Counted from the first letter of the stretch, positions 19,864-32,769 are shown. The stretch: DNA of 64,000 nucleotides from Candidatus Margulisiibacteriota bacterium (GCA_050250935.1 JBFWNS010000008.1:1-64000); one strand, 5' to 3'. The notes: a model not told the origin generated them from the letters alone. Numbers and translations are program-made.

Positions 19864-20898
19864 TTAAATGCTATAGTCGCCAAACAAAACTTGGTCGTGC
19901 TTGGGGCTTACAAACACAGTGTCGCCTTTTTGAAACTGTTCTACCCGATAGATTTCTTGGGACAGGTCTACCGTGATGGGGGTGTTGTTTTGGCCGACCA
20001 ATTCCACACGAACCAAAGGCCCCACGGTGTTGAGCTGAACAATGGTGGCCGATAGGGCATTGTCTTGTGTGGCGGATCGGTTGAGTTGGAGTTCGTGGGG
20101 ACGTACATAAAAGGGTTTTTCAGAGGCGTCAAAAGAAAGCACAGGAGAGCCGTTTTCGATGCGGCCATAAAACAAATTAACACTGCCGATAAACTGATAC
20201 ACAAAGGGGTTCGCAGGTTTTTGATAGACGGCTTCGGGGGTTCCAATTTGTTCGATTTTGCCATGATTCATCACCACAATACGGTCGGCTACTTCCAGGG
20301 CTTCTTCCACATCGTGGGTCACAAAGACGCTGGTAATGTGCAATTCGTTGTGCAATTGCCGAAGCCAGCTGCGCAATTCTTTGCGAACGTTGGCATCCAA
20401 GGCCCCAAAGGGTTCGTCCAACAACAAGACTTGGGGCTCGATGGCAATGGCCCGGGCCAAGGCCACCCGCTGCCGTTGTCCGCCCGACAGTTGGCTGGGG
20501 TACCGATCCCCCAACTTTTCGAGTTGAACTAGCTTTAACAGTTCATCAACCCGCTTTGCAATTTCGGCTTTGCTGGGGCGGGTGGATCGGGGGCGAACCG
20601 AGAGGCCAAAGCCAATGTTTTCGGCCACCGTCATGTGGCGAAACAGGGCGTAATGTTGAAACACAAAGCCCACTTGGCGTTCCCGAACTGCTTTGTCTTG
20701 AATGTTCTGACCATTGAATAAAATTTGCCCAGAATCCAGGGTTTCAAGACCAGCAATCAACCGCAATAAGGTTGTTTTGCCCGATCCCGAAGGGCCCAAA
20801 AGGGCCACCAATTCGCCACTTTTAATAGCCAGATTGATGGAATACAGCGCCGGAAAATCCCCATACTGTTTTTCGACGTTTTGAATGACAATGCTCAT
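19864..20898 (-). CDS. cysA: Sulfate/thiosulfate ABC transporter ATP-binding subunit
   Basis: [33 protein letters not shown]-terminal TOBE domain; operon context. Confidence 0.95.
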   Translation of the reverse strand: MSIVIQNVEKQYGDFPALYSINLAIKSGELVALLGPSGSGKTTLLRLIAGLETLDSGQILFNGQNIQDKAVRERQVGFVFQHYALFRHMTVAENIGFGLSVRPRSTRPSKAEIAKRVDELLKLVQLEKLGDRYPSQLSGGQRQRVALARAIAIEPQVLLLDEPFGALDANVRKELRSWLRQLHNELHITSVFVTHDVEEALEVADRIVVMNHGKIEQIGTPEAVYQKPANPFVYQFIGSVNLFYGRIENGSPVLSFDASEKPFYVRPHELQLNRSATQDNALSATIVQLNTVGPLVRVELVGQNNTPITVDLSQEIYRVEQFQKGDTVFVSPKHDQVLFGDYSI

Positions 20899-21725
20899 GG
20901 GTGTTGGGATCCTTTGTTGGTGGTGTGTTCAAGAAGATGTTTTACCAAAATGGTGACGATGGCCACAAGAACCAGCAGAGAAGCCACGGCAAAGGCAGCG
21001 GTAAACTGGTATTCGTTGTACAAAATTTCAACATGCAAGGGCAGGGTGTTGGTCAGGCCGCGGATGTGGCCAGAAACCACCGAAACGGCACCAAATTCCC
21101 CCATGGCGCGGGCAGTACACAAAATTACCCCATACAGCAGGCCCCACTTAATTTTGGGCAGGGTAATTCGGGTAAAGGTTTGCCAGCCGGTGGCGCCAAG
21201 GGTCATGGCCGTTTCTTCTTCGTCGCTGCCCTGGGTTTGCATCAAGGGAATTAATTCTCGGGCCACAAAAGGAAAGGTAATAAACATCGTACTTAAGATA
21301 ATGCCAGGAATCGCAAAAATAATTTTGATGTTGTGGGCAATCAGCCAAGCTCCAATCAAACTATTGGCGCCAAACAGCAACACAAAAATCATCCCAGAAA
21401 TAACAGGCGAAATGCTAAAAGGAAGATCAATTAAACTGATTAAGAGGTTTTTGAATCGAAACTGATATTTGGTGATGGCCCAAGCCGCTGCAATCCCAAA
21501 AAGGGTGTTGATCGGGACCGAAATCACCGCAACCGTTAAAGTAAGTTGCAGGGCAGAAAGAGCATCGGGTTCAAGAATGGCGGCCCCATAGACAGCCCAT
21601 CCTTCGCTAAAGGCCTTGGCCAAAACCACATACAAAGGCATCACCAAAAAAACGCCTAAAAAAAGCAGGGCGGCACCAGTCAGCAGGCGGCGAACCCACC
21701 GAGGTTCTGCAATGGCGCGGCTCAT
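20895..21725 (-). CDS. cysW: Sulfate ABC transporter permease CysW
   Basis: [36 protein letters not shown]. Confidence 0.95.
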   Translation of the reverse strand: MSRAIAEPRWVRRLLTGAALLFLGVFLVMPLYVVLAKAFSEGWAVYGAAILEPDALSALQLTLTVAVISVPINTLFGIAAAWAITKYQFRFKNLLISLIDLPFSISPVISGMIFVLLFGANSLIGAWLIAHNIKIIFAIPGIILSTMFITFPFVARELIPLMQTQGSDEEETAMTLGATGWQTFTRITLPKIKWGLLYGVILCTARAMGEFGAVSVVSGHIRGLTNTLPLHVEILYNEYQFTAAFAVASLLVLVAIVTILVKHLLEHTTNKGSQHP

Positions 21726-22552
21726 AGGGAAGCTCCGGTGCGTTTGCGGGCCCAATGTTGGATCCCGTTAATGGCTAGGAGCAGTAAAAACGAAACGGTT
21801 AACATAAAAACTGCAAGGGCGGTGGCCCCGGCATAGTCGTATTGTTCCAGTTTGGTCATAATCAGCAAGGTGGCGATTTCGGTTTTGTAGGGCATATTGC
21901 CAGAAATAAAAATCACCGAGCCGTATTCGCCCAACCCCCGGGCAAAGGCCAGGGTAAAACCCGTCAGCAACGAGGGAAAAACCAGGGGAAATAACACGCG
22001 GGTAAAGGTTTGCCAGCGGTTGGCTCCCAAACTGGCGGCGGCTTCTTCGATATCGTGTTCGAGGTCTTTAAGCACAGGTTCGACGGTGCGAACCACAAAG
22101 GGAAGTCCAATAAAGGTCAGCACAATCACAATGCCAAGGGGGGCAAATGCGGCTTGAATGCCCAGCTTATTCAGCCAAAATCCCAAAGCACCGGTTGGCG
22201 TATAAAGCGCAGTCATGGCAATGCCAGCAACCGCAGTGGGCAGGGCAAAAGGAAGATCGACCAAAGCATCGACCACGCGTTTTCCCCAAAAGGAATAGCG
22301 GGCCAACACCCAAGCCACTAAAAACCCAAAAACGGTGTTCACCAGGGCAGCAATGGCAGCGGTTGTAAAGGTTAATCGATAGGCCGCAATGGTGCGTTCA
22401 GAAAACAAGGTCGCCGATAACTGATCCCAGGACAGGGTTGCGGTTTTAAAAACCAAAGTCGACAAGGGAATCAAGACCACCAAAGACAACAGGGTCAAGG
22501 TAATCCCCATCGACAATCCAAAGCCTGGTAAACGGTTTTTCGAGGCTCTCAT
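21722..22552 (-). CDS. cysT: Sulfate ABC transporter permease CysT
   Basis: LPGFGLSMG, VDLPFALPTAVAG, EEAAASLGA, FARGLGEYGSV; start at MRASK. Confidence 0.95.
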   Translation of the reverse strand: MRASKNRLPGFGLSMGITLTLLSLVVLIPLSTLVFKTATLSWDQLSATLFSERTIAAYRLTFTTAAIAALVNTVFGFLVAWVLARYSFWGKRVVDALVDLPFALPTAVAGIAMTALYTPTGALGFWLNKLGIQAAFAPLGIVIVLTFIGLPFVVRTVEPVLKDLEHDIEEAAASLGANRWQTFTRVLFPLVFPSLLTGFTLAFARGLGEYGSVIFISGNMPYKTEIATLLIMTKLEQYDYAGATALAVFMLTVSFLLLLAINGIQHWARKRTGASL

Positions 22553-22556
22553 GGGG

Positions 22557-23525
22557 TTATCGTCTGAAAATCTTGTCGAAAATACCACCGTCTGCAAAGT
22601 GGCGGCGCTGAACCTGGGCCCAGCCGCCAAAATCGGAAATGGTGACTTCTTTGATGGGTTTAAAAGAAGATTTAATGCCAGAAACAGTGGGACGGAAATG
22701 GTGTTTTGCAGCCAATTCTTGCGCTTGTTTGCTATATAAAAATTGCAGGTATGCTTTGGCCAGGGTGGTGGTGCCATGACGCTTGGCCACCGAATCGACA
22801 ACGGCCACTGGGGTTTCTGCCAAAATGCTAATAGACGGATACACAATCTCGTAGCTGCCGGGTTTAAGGGTTTGGGCAATTAAGAGGGCTTCGTTTTCCC
22901 AGGCGATCAGCACGTCGCCAATGCCCCGTTCGATGAAGGTGGTGGTCGAGCCTCGGGCTCCAGAATCCAGCACTGGAACACGGGCATAGAGTTTGGTTAC
23001 AAAGGCCTTGGCCCCTTCTTCGGAACCCGTGGTTTTTTGGGCATAGGCCCAAGCGGCCATATAGTTCCAACGGGCACCTCCCGAGGTTTTGGGGTTGGGT
23101 GTGATCACCGCAACGTTGGGTTTGATTAAATCGTTCCAGTCGTGGATGCTTTTGGGGTTTCCTTTGCGAACCACCAAGACGATGGCCGAGGTAAACGGAA
23201 CGCTGTGGTTGGGCAGGGCCGAGGCCCAGTTTTGTCCGATTAGACCTGCTTTTTGAATGGCCTCGATGTCGTAGCCCAAAGCCAGGGTTACCACATCGGC
23301 CTCCAGACCATCGATGACGCCTCGGGCTTGTTTGCCAGAGCCCCCATGGGATTGGCGAAGGGTGACGGTTTCACCGGTTTTGGCTTTCCACTCGGCTTTA
23401 AACACGGCGTTAATGTCTTGGTACAATTCCCGGGTTGGGTCGTAAGAGACGTTTAAAAGTTCGGTTCCAAAAACGCTTTGCCCCACAAAAAAGGCCAAAA
23501 GAGCAAGGGTCAGACGGGTTTTCAT
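22557..23525 (-). CDS. sbp: Sulfate ABC transporter substrate-binding protein
   Basis: [36 protein letters not shown]. Confidence 0.95.
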   Translation of the reverse strand: MKTRLTLALLAFFVGQSVFGTELLNVSYDPTRELYQDINAVFKAEWKAKTGETVTLRQSHGGSGKQARGVIDGLEADVVTLALGYDIEAIQKAGLIGQNWASALPNHSVPFTSAIVLVVRKGNPKSIHDWNDLIKPNVAVITPNPKTSGGARWNYMAAWAYAQKTTGSEEGAKAFVTKLYARVPVLDSGARGSTTTFIERGIGDVLIAWENEALLIAQTLKPGSYEIVYPSISILAETPVAVVDSVAKRHGTTTLAKAYLQFLYSKQAQELAAKHHFRPTVSGIKSSFKPIKEVTISDFGGWAQVQRRHFADGGIFDKIFRR

Positions 23526-23617
23526 GCAAGTACTCCAAAGTTTAATGTTCATAAAGTCTATCAAATTAATAGGGTTTGTAAAGAGAGAAAAAGAAATACA
23601 GATCTATAGAGGTAAAG

Positions 23618-26311
23618 CTAAAGCCGATTAATGGCCGATTCGAGTTGATCCATGGCCTTGCCAAATCCCGACCAATTGCCAGCGGCAGCACTTTGTTTAA
23701 GGGATTTAAAGGCGGCTTTGAGGTCCTGGGTTCCACTGGCAGGAGAGACGTTGGGTTGGCTTTTTTCGGGTTTAGAACGTTGAGTCTCGTTTTGATTAAA
23801 CACCTGGGCCAGGGTGTCCTGAAGGGTTTCCGCCATCACAATGGTATCGTCGTACGACACGATAACCCGCTTGAGTTCTGGCAATTTGCCAGAGGTGGCT
23901 TGTAAATAGACGGGCTCGACGTACAGCAGATCGTTTTCGATGGGAATCACTATTAAATTGCCCCGAATCACCTGGGAGCCCACTTGGTTCCAGAGGGTCA
24001 ACTTTTGGGAAATTTCGGTGTCTTGGTCGATTCTGGCTTCGATTTGAGCTGGGCCATAAATGACCTTTTCTTTGGGGAACTTAAAAACTTGTAATTCACC
24101 CAATTTTCCAGGCTCGCAATTGGCGTTAAACCAGGCAATCATGTTGCTTTTGCCGTTGGGGGTGAAAGGAACCATTAACCGGTAGCTTTCTTGGGTTTCG
24201 CCAGGAACCCGCATGACCATGTAGTAGGGCTCCATGTTTCGGGTTTCTCCATCTGCTTTAAGGGTGGGAAAGGCCCATACGTCTTCCCGGTTATAAAACA
24301 CCTGAACATCTTGCATGTGATAGGTTTTGTAAATCGAAGCCTGAACCGTGAACAAATCTTTGGGATACCGTAAGTGGGCCCGAAGCTCGTCCGGCATGGC
24401 GTTAAGGGGTTTAAACAAATGCCCAAAAACCCCTTGATAGGTTCGAATGATGGGGTCTTGGGTATCGGCCACATAAAAATTCAAGGTGCCGTCGTAAGCA
24501 TCAATCGTCACTTTAACGGCATTGCGAATATAGTTGTACCCTTCTTGAAAAGGTTCGGCATAGGGAATGCGGTCTGTGGTGGTATAGGCATCCCAAATCC
24601 ACACCAACCGACCCGAAGCTGTAATCACGGGATAGGGGTCGGCATCATAGGTTAAAAAGGGGGCAACGTTCCGAACCATGGTGCGGATGTCACGGTCATA
24701 CAAAATTTTGGTTTGTGGGGTGATCAATTCGCTAATCAGTAGTTTGATATCGGATTGAACGATGGCAAAAATCAGCCGATGCCAAAACGAGCCCAAAGAC
24801 ACCCCGGCTTTGCCTTGGTAGTGGGTATAAACGTTGTCGTCGCCTTTGGGGTAATCGAAGGATTTTTGGGTGGTGTTCACCAAGGCATAGTCTTTGGTAT
24901 CTTCCCCAAAATAAATTTCGGGGCGGGTCAATTGAATGGGCACAGAAGCAGTGGGGGGTAAATCTTTAAGATAGAAAAACGGGAGGCCTTCTTCCACAAC
25001 CTGATTCACCGGCGCCATACACACCCCATACCCATGGGTATAGACGATGTGGCGGTTAATCCAGTTCTGCGCCCGGGCTGGCAGCTGATCCGTTTCCATT
25101 TCCCGTGCCGACAGCATGACCTGTTGGGGTTGATTGTTTAAGGTATAGCGATCCACATCGATACTCGAAAATTCGTAATAGGGCCGAATTTCTTGCAATT
25201 GAATAAAGGTTTCTCGCAAAGGGATTTCGTCCCAGAGTCGCACATTTTGGAGGGTGGTTTCGTTTTTTAAGATATCGGCATACGTTAACGTTTGATTGGC
25301 CGAAAAAGGCTTGGATTTGACGTTGTTTAGGTTATAGGCAAATCGGGTCAGGTCCAGGTGGTGGCGAATGTAGGGGGTTTCTTTGGCCAGTTCGTTGGGG
25401 GCTACAGTATAGGCTTGAATGAGGCCTGGAATGAAGGCCCGAAGCAAGGTGGCCGTCAGCACCAAAACCACCCCAACGGCCGCAACATTGCGATAGGTTT
25501 TTTGCCAAATGGAGAGCAGTAAAGTGCCTGCAAGAATAACCTCGAGGGCCACGATGCCATAGGTTAAATAGCGCCCAACAGTGGCCTCGGTGTATCCGGC
25601 GCCAAAAAGGATGCGGTGTTGGCTAAACAGACAGTCATAAACACCCAACCACTCGGTCCAGGCGTAGGCCAAAACAATCAGAGCCGCCACGCTTAACAAA
25701 AGCTTACGAATCGGAGACCGAGATCCTGGCCACAAGGCCATAACGGTTTGGGGAAGCCCAAGAATAAAGGCCATCAAAACCAAGGCAAACAGCCCATGCC
25801 AAAGCAGGGTGCCGGCGATCAGATTCAAAAAAGGAAGTTTGAAGACATAAAACCCAAGGTCTTGGTGAAAAATGGGATCAACGATGCCAAAGGGCGTGGC
25901 ATGAAAGACTTTTAACAAGGTCACCCAATGGCTTTGAATGGCCAGAGCCCCAAACAAAGACAACACCACAATCACCACACGAATCAGGACCGGTGTTAAA
26001 CGAATTTGGCTGAGGGGATTTTGCACCACACGCGCAAATAATTTCTGCCAAAGGGTGGGGAGGCTGTAGGGATTTAAAGGGGCATCTTGTCGCAGCCGAA
26101 GCGCCAAAAAAGCCAACAGGCTATAGGCCAAAGCCATGCCCACAAAAGACAGGGAAAAATACAGACCTTTGGCCTTAAATTGAATCAAAAAGGTAGACAA
26201 ATACCCAAAGGATCGAAACCAAAAATAATCCGGAAAAATCGACAACAACGAGGGCAAAATAAACACAAAGGCCATCATGGCCAGGGGTAGGGCAAATTGG
26301 AATTTTTTCAT
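23618..26311 (-). CDS. UPF0182 family membrane protein
   Basis: DPIFHQDLGFYVF, YTHGYG, NYIRNAVK, HLRYPKDLF, VIRGNLIVIP, YVEPVY, PELKRVIV. Confidence 0.93.
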   Translation of the reverse strand: MKKFQFALPLAMMAFVFILPSLLSIFPDYFWFRSFGYLSTFLIQFKAKGLYFSLSFVGMALAYSLLAFLALRLRQDAPLNPYSLPTLWQKLFARVVQNPLSQIRLTPVLIRVVIVVLSLFGALAIQSHWVTLLKVFHATPFGIVDPIFHQDLGFYVFKLPFLNLIAGTLLWHGLFALVLMAFILGLPQTVMALWPGSRSPIRKLLLSVAALIVLAYAWTEWLGVYDCLFSQHRILFGAGYTEATVGRYLTYGIVALEVILAGTLLLSIWQKTYRNVAAVGVVLVLTATLLRAFIPGLIQAYTVAPNELAKETPYIRHHLDLTRFAYNLNNVKSKPFSANQTLTYADILKNETTLQNVRLWDEIPLRETFIQLQEIRPYYEFSSIDVDRYTLNNQPQQVMLSAREMETDQLPARAQNWINRHIVYTHGYGVCMAPVNQVVEEGLPFFYLKDLPPTASVPIQLTRPEIYFGEDTKDYALVNTTQKSFDYPKGDDNVYTHYQGKAGVSLGSFWHRLIFAIVQSDIKLLISELITPQTKILYDRDIRTMVRNVAPFLTYDADPYPVITASGRLVWIWDAYTTTDRIPYAEPFQEGYNYIRNAVKVTIDAYDGTLNFYVADTQDPIIRTYQGVFGHLFKPLNAMPDELRAHLRYPKDLFTVQASIYKTYHMQDVQVFYNREDVWAFPTLKADGETRNMEPYYMVMRVPGETQESYRLMVPFTPNGKSNMIAWFNANCEPGKLGELQVFKFPKEKVIYGPAQIEARIDQDTEISQKLTLWNQVGSQVIRGNLIVIPIENDLLYVEPVYLQATSGKLPELKRVIVSYDDTIVMAETLQDTLAQVFNQNETQRSKPEKSQPNVSPASGTQDLKAAFKSLKQSAAAGNWSGFGKAMDQLESAINRL

Positions 26312-26315
26312 GGGG

Positions 26316-27644
26316 TTAGTGTAGCAGATTTTTGGAAAAGAGGCCTTTTAAGCGCAATGCGTTTAAACTCATCCAAAAGATAGGGCGTGTTTTTTTAAAC
26401 ACAATGGCGCTGACAGGCAAAGCAATAGAATAGGTAAAAGCTGTAGCAACGGCTGCACCAATTCCGCCCCATCGGGGTAATAGCACAGCATTCAACCCAA
26501 TATTTACCAGTGCAACGCCCCATAAAAGTACAGCGAGGTGATGGTTGAGTTTTTCAGAGGTAAAAAAAATGTGGGTGGCATAAATTTGAAAAATGCCGAT
26601 GAGCCCGAAGGTGTGAATGGTCAGCATGGGAATTGCACCTAAATAATGGTCGCCGTACAACAAGGGAATCAACCACCGAGAGCCGCCAGAAACCACAGCA
26701 ATAATGCCAAAGGCCAACAGCATTAAAAACGAGGCAAGACGTTGCAAACGGTCTTTGTAAAGCTGGGGTTGATGTTGGCGGGCACGAATGATGGCTGGTG
26801 CAGCCGAAGCACTAAATGCTGCTGGAATAAAGGACCACAGTTCGGATAGCCGTGTTGCCGCAGCGTATAAGCCGGCTTCGTGTGCGGTGCTCATCATGGG
26901 CAACATAACTTGATCAATTCTCATATAAATCATGGTAGCTGAACCTGTCAAAATCAGGGGCAAGCCGTGCCGAAACAAAAGAGCCGTAGTCCGTGTATTA
27001 AAGCGACAGGTTTCCAGGCCAAATCGTTTGCCAAAAAATAAGACAATGCCAACAACCCCTAACACGGTTTCCAAAGCAAAAACTCCGATAAACCACACGA
27101 GTGGTGCACTTACAGCAATCAAGCCCAATTTAAGGAGGGCACACAACAAATAAGCGGTTAGTTCGATTTTAACGATGGTGCCAGATTGTAGTTTCGCATC
27201 AAAGGCAAAACGGAAAATAGTCGCGGGTTGAACCAAAAGTCCCAGCCCGATTAATCCAAGACCTGTCAGGTTAAGCTGTTGCTCAAATCCAAAGCCCCAT
27301 AGTCCCAATCCCACCATACACAACGTTGTTGCAAGCAACCGAATAACCAAAGCAGAGCCAAGGAGGGTTCCAGCATGCTTGGGATAACGGACCAGCCACC
27401 GCACCATAATCGCATCCAAGCCCAATAGCCCAAAAACACCCACGATGCCGGACAGCGACAACGCATATCCAAATATCCCATAGGCATTTGGGCCTAAATA
27501 CCGAGCTACCCAGATGCCTACAATTAAGCCACCAACTAAACGGGTTAATTTGTCCAACAACAGCCATCCCGAATTGATGGCGGAAGAACGAATGCCTGGA
27601 CGTTGTAAATAGCTTTGAAGGATGCTGATTAAACGGCGTGTCAT
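26316..27644 (-). CDS. wzx: Wzx-type polysaccharide flippase
   Basis: VARYLGPNAYG, IYMRIDQVML, AGLYAAA, about 12 TMs. Confidence 0.88.
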   Translation of the reverse strand: MTRRLISILQSYLQRPGIRSSAINSGWLLLDKLTRLVGGLIVGIWVARYLGPNAYGIFGYALSLSGIVGVFGLLGLDAIMVRWLVRYPKHAGTLLGSALVIRLLATTLCMVGLGLWGFGFEQQLNLTGLGLIGLGLLVQPATIFRFAFDAKLQSGTIVKIELTAYLLCALLKLGLIAVSAPLVWFIGVFALETVLGVVGIVLFFGKRFGLETCRFNTRTTALLFRHGLPLILTGSATMIYMRIDQVMLPMMSTAHEAGLYAAATRLSELWSFIPAAFSASAAPAIIRARQHQPQLYKDRLQRLASFLMLLAFGIIAVVSGGSRWLIPLLYGDHYLGAIPMLTIHTFGLIGIFQIYATHIFFTSEKLNHHLAVLLWGVALVNIGLNAVLLPRWGGIGAAVATAFTYSIALPVSAIVFKKTRPIFWMSLNALRLKGLFSKNLLH

Positions 27645-27715
27645 GGGGTGTCACCATACCATATCTGTGTGGTAGAGTAGAGCCACTTTATCCCTTACAT
27701 GTGAGGAGCCCCAAC

Positions 27716-28492
27716 GTGAAGTGCGTCATTTTGGCGGGTGGACTTGGAACCCGGTTAAGCGAAGAGACCGTCCTGCGCCCCAAACCCATGGTAGAAATCG
27801 GGGGTAAGCCCATGTTGTGGCATATTATGAAGTATTTTGCGTCCTATGGGGTGACGGAATTTATCATTTGCCTGGGCTATAAAGGCTATATAATTAAAGA
27901 ATATTTTTTGAATTATGGGGTGCATCGGTCCGACATTACCGTGGATTTGGCAACCAACACTCTTGAAATTCACAATAACCAAGTCGAGCCGTGGAAAGTG
28001 ACCTTGATTGACACCGGCGAAGCCACCATGACCGGTGGACGTTTGAAGCGAATTGCCCCGTATTTGGAGGATACAGAACCCTTCTTTTTTACCTATGGCG
28101 ATGGGGTTTCAACCGTAGATTTGGACGCGTTATCGGCGTTTCATCGGGCCCATGGCAAGTTGGCCACGGTAACAGCTGTGCAGCCCCCAGGCCGGTTTGG
28201 AGCTTTAAAATTGGGACAAAAGGGTCACGTTGAACGGTTTCAAGAAAAACCGGATGGGGACGGTGGCCGCATTAATGGTGGTTTTTTTGTATTGTCCAAA
28301 GCGGTGCTGCCCTACATTGCCTCGGACAACATCATTTGGGAGCAAGAACCCTTGCAACAGTTAACCCTCGACCGGCAACTGATGGCTTTTGACCATGACG
28401 GTTTTTGGCAACCCATGGATACCCTGCGTGAGAAAGCCGTTTTGGAAACCCTTTGGAACTCGGGTCAAGCGCCTTGGAAACGATGGCCATAA
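27716..28492 (+). CDS. rfbF: Glucose-1-phosphate cytidylyltransferase
   Basis: ILAGGLGTRLSEET, PKPMVEIG, TYGDGV, GFWQPMDTLRE; GTG start after GAGGAG. Confidence 0.96.
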   Translation: MKCVILAGGLGTRLSEETVLRPKPMVEIGGKPMLWHIMKYFASYGVTEFIICLGYKGYIIKEYFLNYGVHRSDITVDLATNTLEIHNNQVEPWKVTLIDTGEATMTGGRLKRIAPYLEDTEPFFFTYGDGVSTVDLDALSAFHRAHGKLATVTAVQPPGRFGALKLGQKGHVERFQEKPDGDGGRINGGFFVLSKAVLPYIASDNIIWEQEPLQQLTLDRQLMAFDHDGFWQPMDTLREKAVLETLWNSGQAPWKRWP

Positions 28493-29532
28493 GCCCCAAC
28501 TTTTGGGTGGGTAAGCGGGTTTGGATAACGGGATGCACAGGCTTTAAAGGCAGTTGGCTAAGTTTGTGGTTGACCCAATTGGGGGCCGAGGTTTTTGGGT
28601 ATGCTTTGGCCCCAGATACAACCCCTGCTTTGTGGGAGGTGTTGGACTTGGCTCAAACCGTAAACTGGGTAGAGGGGGATGTGCGTGATGTCGCTGCAGT
28701 TGCCCGTGCTTTACAGAAGGCTCAGCCGGATATTGTATTTCACTTGGCGGCCCAACCCTTGGTGCGTCGGTCTTATGCCGAGCCTCACCTGACCTTTGAA
28801 ACCAATATCATGGGGACGGTGTCGGTTTTGGAAGCGTGCCGTCAAATGCCTTGTGTGAAGGCCGTGGTGGTAGTGACCACCGACAAAGTCTATGAAGACC
28901 AACCCGATCATCATTACACCGAAACCGACCCCCTGGGCGGGCATGATCCGTATAGTGCCAGCAAAGCTGCCGCAGAGGTGGTGTGTGCATCTTATGGACA
29001 TTCTTTTTTTAAAACGGGGTCGTTGGCCTTGGCTACGGCTAGGGCTGGCAATGTCATCGGCGGGGGCGATTGGGCAGAAGACCGCCTGATTCCCGATGCC
29101 ATTCGGGCCATGCAATCGGGAACAGCCTTAACCATTCGTTACCCTCAAGCCATTCGGCCTTGGCAACATGTGTTCTGCCCTTTAAGTGGGTATTTGATGC
29201 TGGCCGAAGCCTTGTTCACACAGGGTCAAATGTGGGCCGGGGCCTGGAACTTCGGGCCCGATGCTGGGGACGAGGTATCGGTACAGCGGGTGTTGAACCA
29301 GGTTCAAACCTTAACCTCAGTCTTGCAGTGGCGTATCGATGAAACGGCGGTTCCTCATGAGTCGCCTCAGCTTAGATTGGATTGGACCAAGGCCAAAACC
29401 AGGCTGGGGTGGGAACCGGCATGGTCTTTAAAAACGGCTCTTTCGGCTACCATGGACTGGTATGAGGCGCATGCAGCAGGACAAAACATGAGAGACTTTA
29501 GCGTGACCCAACTCGAGGCTTTTAACCCATGA
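28483..29532 (+). CDS. rfbG: CDP-glucose 4,6-dehydratase
   Basis: [44 protein letters not shown]. Confidence 0.95.
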   Translation: MAISPNFWVGKRVWITGCTGFKGSWLSLWLTQLGAEVFGYALAPDTTPALWEVLDLAQTVNWVEGDVRDVAAVARALQKAQPDIVFHLAAQPLVRRSYAEPHLTFETNIMGTVSVLEACRQMPCVKAVVVVTTDKVYEDQPDHHYTETDPLGGHDPYSASKAAAEVVCASYGHSFFKTGSLALATARAGNVIGGGDWAEDRLIPDAIRAMQSGTALTIRYPQAIRPWQHVFCPLSGYLMLAEALFTQGQMWAGAWNFGPDAGDEVSVQRVLNQVQTLTSVLQWRIDETAVPHESPQLRLDWTKAKTRLGWEPAWSLKTALSATMDWYEAHAAGQNMRDFSVTQLEAFNP

Positions 29533-30848
29533 CACCCGAAAATTTAGTCCAATTACGGGCTCAAATTCGCGCTTTGGCCGAAACCTATGCCGAAGCGGCT
29601 TGGGCGGCCAAAGCGTATCAACCTGGTAATCCTGTGCCGCCGTCGGGCAAAGTGATTGGCGGTGCTGAAGCGGGGGCTATGGTCGAGGCGGCCTTGGACG
29701 GCTGGCTGACCACAGGCCGGTTTAACGATGCTTTTGAAGAAAGATTGGCTGCATTTGTGGGCCGTCGGTTTGCCTTGACCACCAACAGCGGCTCTTCGGC
29801 CAATTTGTTGGCCATGTCGGCTTTAACATCCCCGTTGTTGGGCGAAAAAGCAGTTGGTCCCGGCGATGAAATCATCACGGTTGCCGCCGGCTTTCCCACC
29901 ACCGTAAACCCGATTTTGCAAAACGGACTGATTCCCGTATTTGTGGACATTGAACTAGGCACCTATAACGTCGATGTGACCCAACTTGAGGCGGCAAGAT
30001 CCCCCAAAACCCGTGGAGTGATGTTGGCCCATACCCTGGGCAATCCGTTTAATCTGGCGGCGGTGGGGCAGTTTTGTAAGTCCCATGACCTGTGGCTAAT
30101 CGAAGACTGTTGCGATGCGTTGGGCTCGACCTATGCCGGTCAAAAGGTGGGCACCTTTGGTGATATTGCGACCCTCAGTTTTTATCCCGCCCACCACATC
30201 ACCATGGGCGAGGGTGGTGCGGTGTTAACCGATTCTCCGGTGTTAAAACGAGCATTACTGTCGTTTCGGGATTGGGGGCGAGATTGTTTTTGCCCGCCGG
30301 GCAAAGACAACAGTTGTGGCAAACGGTTTGGGTGGAAACTGGGCGAATTGCCCGATGGCTATGATCACAAATACATCTATTCTCATCTGGGTTACAACCT
30401 CAAAATTACCGATATGCAAGCCGCTTGCGGTTTAGCCCAGTTGGATCGTTTAGACGGGTTTATTCAGGCTCGAAAACACAATTTTGCCTTTCTAACAGCG
30501 GCCTTAAAGGCTAAAGGACTAGACTCGTATTTACTCTTGCCAACCGCCACGGCCAATAGCGATCCGGCTTGGTTTGGCTATCCGATTACCCTAAAACCCA
30601 CCGCCCCCATTTCCCGCCTTCGCCTGCTTCAAAAATTGGATGCGGCTAAAATCGGAACCCGGCTGTTGTTCGGCGGCAATTTGCTCAAACAACCCTATAT
30701 GAAACACCAACCCCACCGCGTGGTGGGCGACCTGACGGTAACCGACACGGTCATGGACCAAACGTTTTGGGTGGGGGTCTATCCGGGCCTGACCGAAGCG
30801 ATGTTGATGGCGATTGCCGACCAAATAGAAGTCGCTTTAACCGATTAG
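29529..30848 (+). CDS. rfbH: CDP-4-keto-6-deoxyglucose 3-dehydratase (E1, PMP-dependent)
   Basis: [41 protein letters not shown]. Confidence 0.95.
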   Translation: MTPENLVQLRAQIRALAETYAEAAWAAKAYQPGNPVPPSGKVIGGAEAGAMVEAALDGWLTTGRFNDAFEERLAAFVGRRFALTTNSGSSANLLAMSALTSPLLGEKAVGPGDEIITVAAGFPTTVNPILQNGLIPVFVDIELGTYNVDVTQLEAARSPKTRGVMLAHTLGNPFNLAAVGQFCKSHDLWLIEDCCDALGSTYAGQKVGTFGDIATLSFYPAHHITMGEGGAVLTDSPVLKRALLSFRDWGRDCFCPPGKDNSCGKRFGWKLGELPDGYDHKYIYSHLGYNLKITDMQAACGLAQLDRLDGFIQARKHNFAFLTAALKAKGLDSYLLLPTATANSDPAWFGYPITLKPTAPISRLRLLQKLDAAKIGTRLLFGGNLLKQPYMKHQPHRVVGDLTVTDTVMDQTFWVGVYPGLTEAMLMAIADQIEVALTD

Positions 30849-31757
30849 CTTTCGCCAGAGTATTGAAAAAAAGAGGCGATAATTGAAGCAAAAAGGCCGA
30901 GGTTCCGTATAAAAATCTGAACGGGTTTTCAGGCCATAAATGGCCAGTTTTTTTGTATGACGTTTAAGTAAAAACCACAAACGTGTATTAAGGCTTGCGA
31001 TTAAGTCAGGCCGATAGGTTTGGGCAAAAAAGGCCTTGGTTAAACTGTAAAAAACAGCCAACTTAATGTCTCCTGAATCTGCACTGATGGACCCGGGGTG
31101 GGCCCTAAAAAAGGCAAGGGGTTCTGCCACAAAGCCGAACTGAGCATACTGGTTTGCTGTTAGCAAAAACAATAATAAATCATTGCCGATGGCATGCATC
31201 GCAAAATTGCTGTGAATGGGATTTGGGATGTCCAGCCACAGATTTTGACGTAGATCAGTAAGACGAAAGAGCGCGCATCCAGGAGAAAGGGGCATTGTAT
31301 CGGTCAAAAATATACCCTGAATGTAAGTGTCGCTGGGGTAAAGTCCTGTAGCGCCGATCACACAGGCGGTGTGGGTAGGGGTTTCGGTCTGATCAACCAT
31401 TTGGATGGCTGAAAAAACGAAGCCTATCGTTGGGTTTTGTTCGATCAAGGGAAGGGTTTTTTCAAGAAAGTCTGGGGCAATCCAGTCATCAGACCACACA
31501 ATTTTGCCATAATCACCCCGTGCCTCTTGGATGCAGCGCAGCCAATTTTGCACAGGGCCCAGGTTGGTTTCATTTTGAAAAGCCCGCACGCGAGAATCGG
31601 CTTTGGCATGGGCACAAATAATGTCCCACGTGCCGTCTGTGCTTGCATTGTCCACAACGATCACTTCAATGTCGGTGTGGGTTTGTGCTAGGGCGGATTC
31701 AAGGGTTTTTGAAACAACGTCTGCCCGATTAAAAACCGGAATAAGGATGCTAACCAA
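30837..31757 (-). CDS. Glycosyltransferase family 2
   Basis: [24 protein letters not shown]. Confidence 0.9.
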   Translation of the reverse strand: MVSILIPVFNRADVVSKTLESALAQTHTDIEVIVVDNASTDGTWDIICAHAKADSRVRAFQNETNLGPVQNWLRCIQEARGDYGKIVWSDDWIAPDFLEKTLPLIEQNPTIGFVFSAIQMVDQTETPTHTACVIGATGLYPSDTYIQGIFLTDTMPLSPGCALFRLTDLRQNLWLDIPNPIHSNFAMHAIGNDLLLFLLTANQYAQFGFVAEPLAFFRAHPGSISADSGDIKLAVFYSLTKAFFAQTYRPDLIASLNTRLWFLLKRHTKKLAIYGLKTRSDFYTEPRPFCFNYRLFFSILWRKLIG

Positions 31758-32769
31758 GGCTGGAAACCCAGGTTAACATGGCGTTGAGGCCTTGCTTAAT
31801 GTCGACTTGTGGAGACCATCCCAACAGCCTTTCCGCCTTGCGAATGTCAGCTACAAAGACCTTTTGGTCGCTTTGACGTGGGGGTAAAGTGGTAGGGGTA
31901 AGTGAAATATTGAGCTGGGTTTCCAAATGTTGAAACAGCTCCAATAAAGATAAAGAATTGTTCATACCGCCGCCGATGTTAAAGACCTCACCTTTTAACC
32001 GATCGTGGTGCTGAACCGCATTAAAATACAACCGAACCATATCATCGGCATGCAAGACATCCCGTACTTGTTTGCCATTGCCGGAAATGGTGAAAGGGGT
32101 TGCAGGATTTTTCTTAATGTCCAACGCTTGTTGGCAAAACCATCCGATCCAACCTTGGTCAGTGGTGGCAAATTGACGCCCTCCATACATGGAGGAGTGG
32201 CGGAACACCGCTGTTTTGAGGTTGAAAACTCGGGCATAATCCAACATATATTGGTCTGCGCATCCTTTGGAGCAGCCGTAGGGCGATCTAAAGTCCAGTG
32301 GCAACATCTCATCGAATCCGTTTTCAAATCCGGTGGCGATATAGCGGCGATCTGTTTCTTGATAGGAAAGGGTTTCCAAATCCCCATAAACCTTGTTGGT
32401 AGACGAGTACAACACCAGGGCTTGTGGGGCGTGTTGGCGAATGGCCTCTAAAACATTCAAAGTTCCCAGTGCGTTAATCTCAAAATCTTCTCGCGGGTTT
32501 GCAATGGATTGGGTCATGGTGACCTGTCCTGCTAAGTGAAAGACGACATCCGGTTGTGCAGCTAGAACCGCCTGTTCGACTTGGGCAGGGTGTCGGATAT
32601 CGCCTTGAATAAAGGTAAAAGGGCCCTGGGTTTTCAACCATGTCAAATTGTGATCGCTTCCCACCCGATGGAGGTTGTCAAAAACGACCAAGTCCTCTTG
32701 CTGAAGGAGAACCTGATGGGCCAAATTAGACCCTAAAAATCCACATCCCCCAGTAATTAAATAACGCAA
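31750..32769 (-). CDS. rfbE: CDP-paratose 2-epimerase (CDP-tyvelose synthase)
   Basis: [57 protein letters not shown]. Confidence 0.88.
   Translation of the reverse strand: MRYLITGGCGFLGSNLAHQVLLQQEDLVVFDNLHRVGSDHNLTWLKTQGPFTFIQGDIRHPAQVEQAVLAAQPDVVFHLAGQVTMTQSIANPREDFEINALGTLNVLEAIRQHAPQALVLYSSTNKVYGDLETLSYQETDRRYIATGFENGFDEMLPLDFRSPYGCSKGCADQYMLDYARVFNLKTAVFRHSSMYGGRQFATTDQGWIGWFCQQALDIKKNPATPFTISGNGKQVRDVLHADDMVRLYFNAVQHHDRLKGEVFNIGGGMNNSLSLLELFQHLETQLNISLTPTTLPPRQSDQKVFVADIRKAERLLGWSPQVDIKQGLNAMLTWVSSLG

Noticed and set aside
22553..22879. N-terminal extension of CysT in the ORF track
   Set aside because: Overlaps sbp in another frame; CysT homology starts at MRASK (22552)
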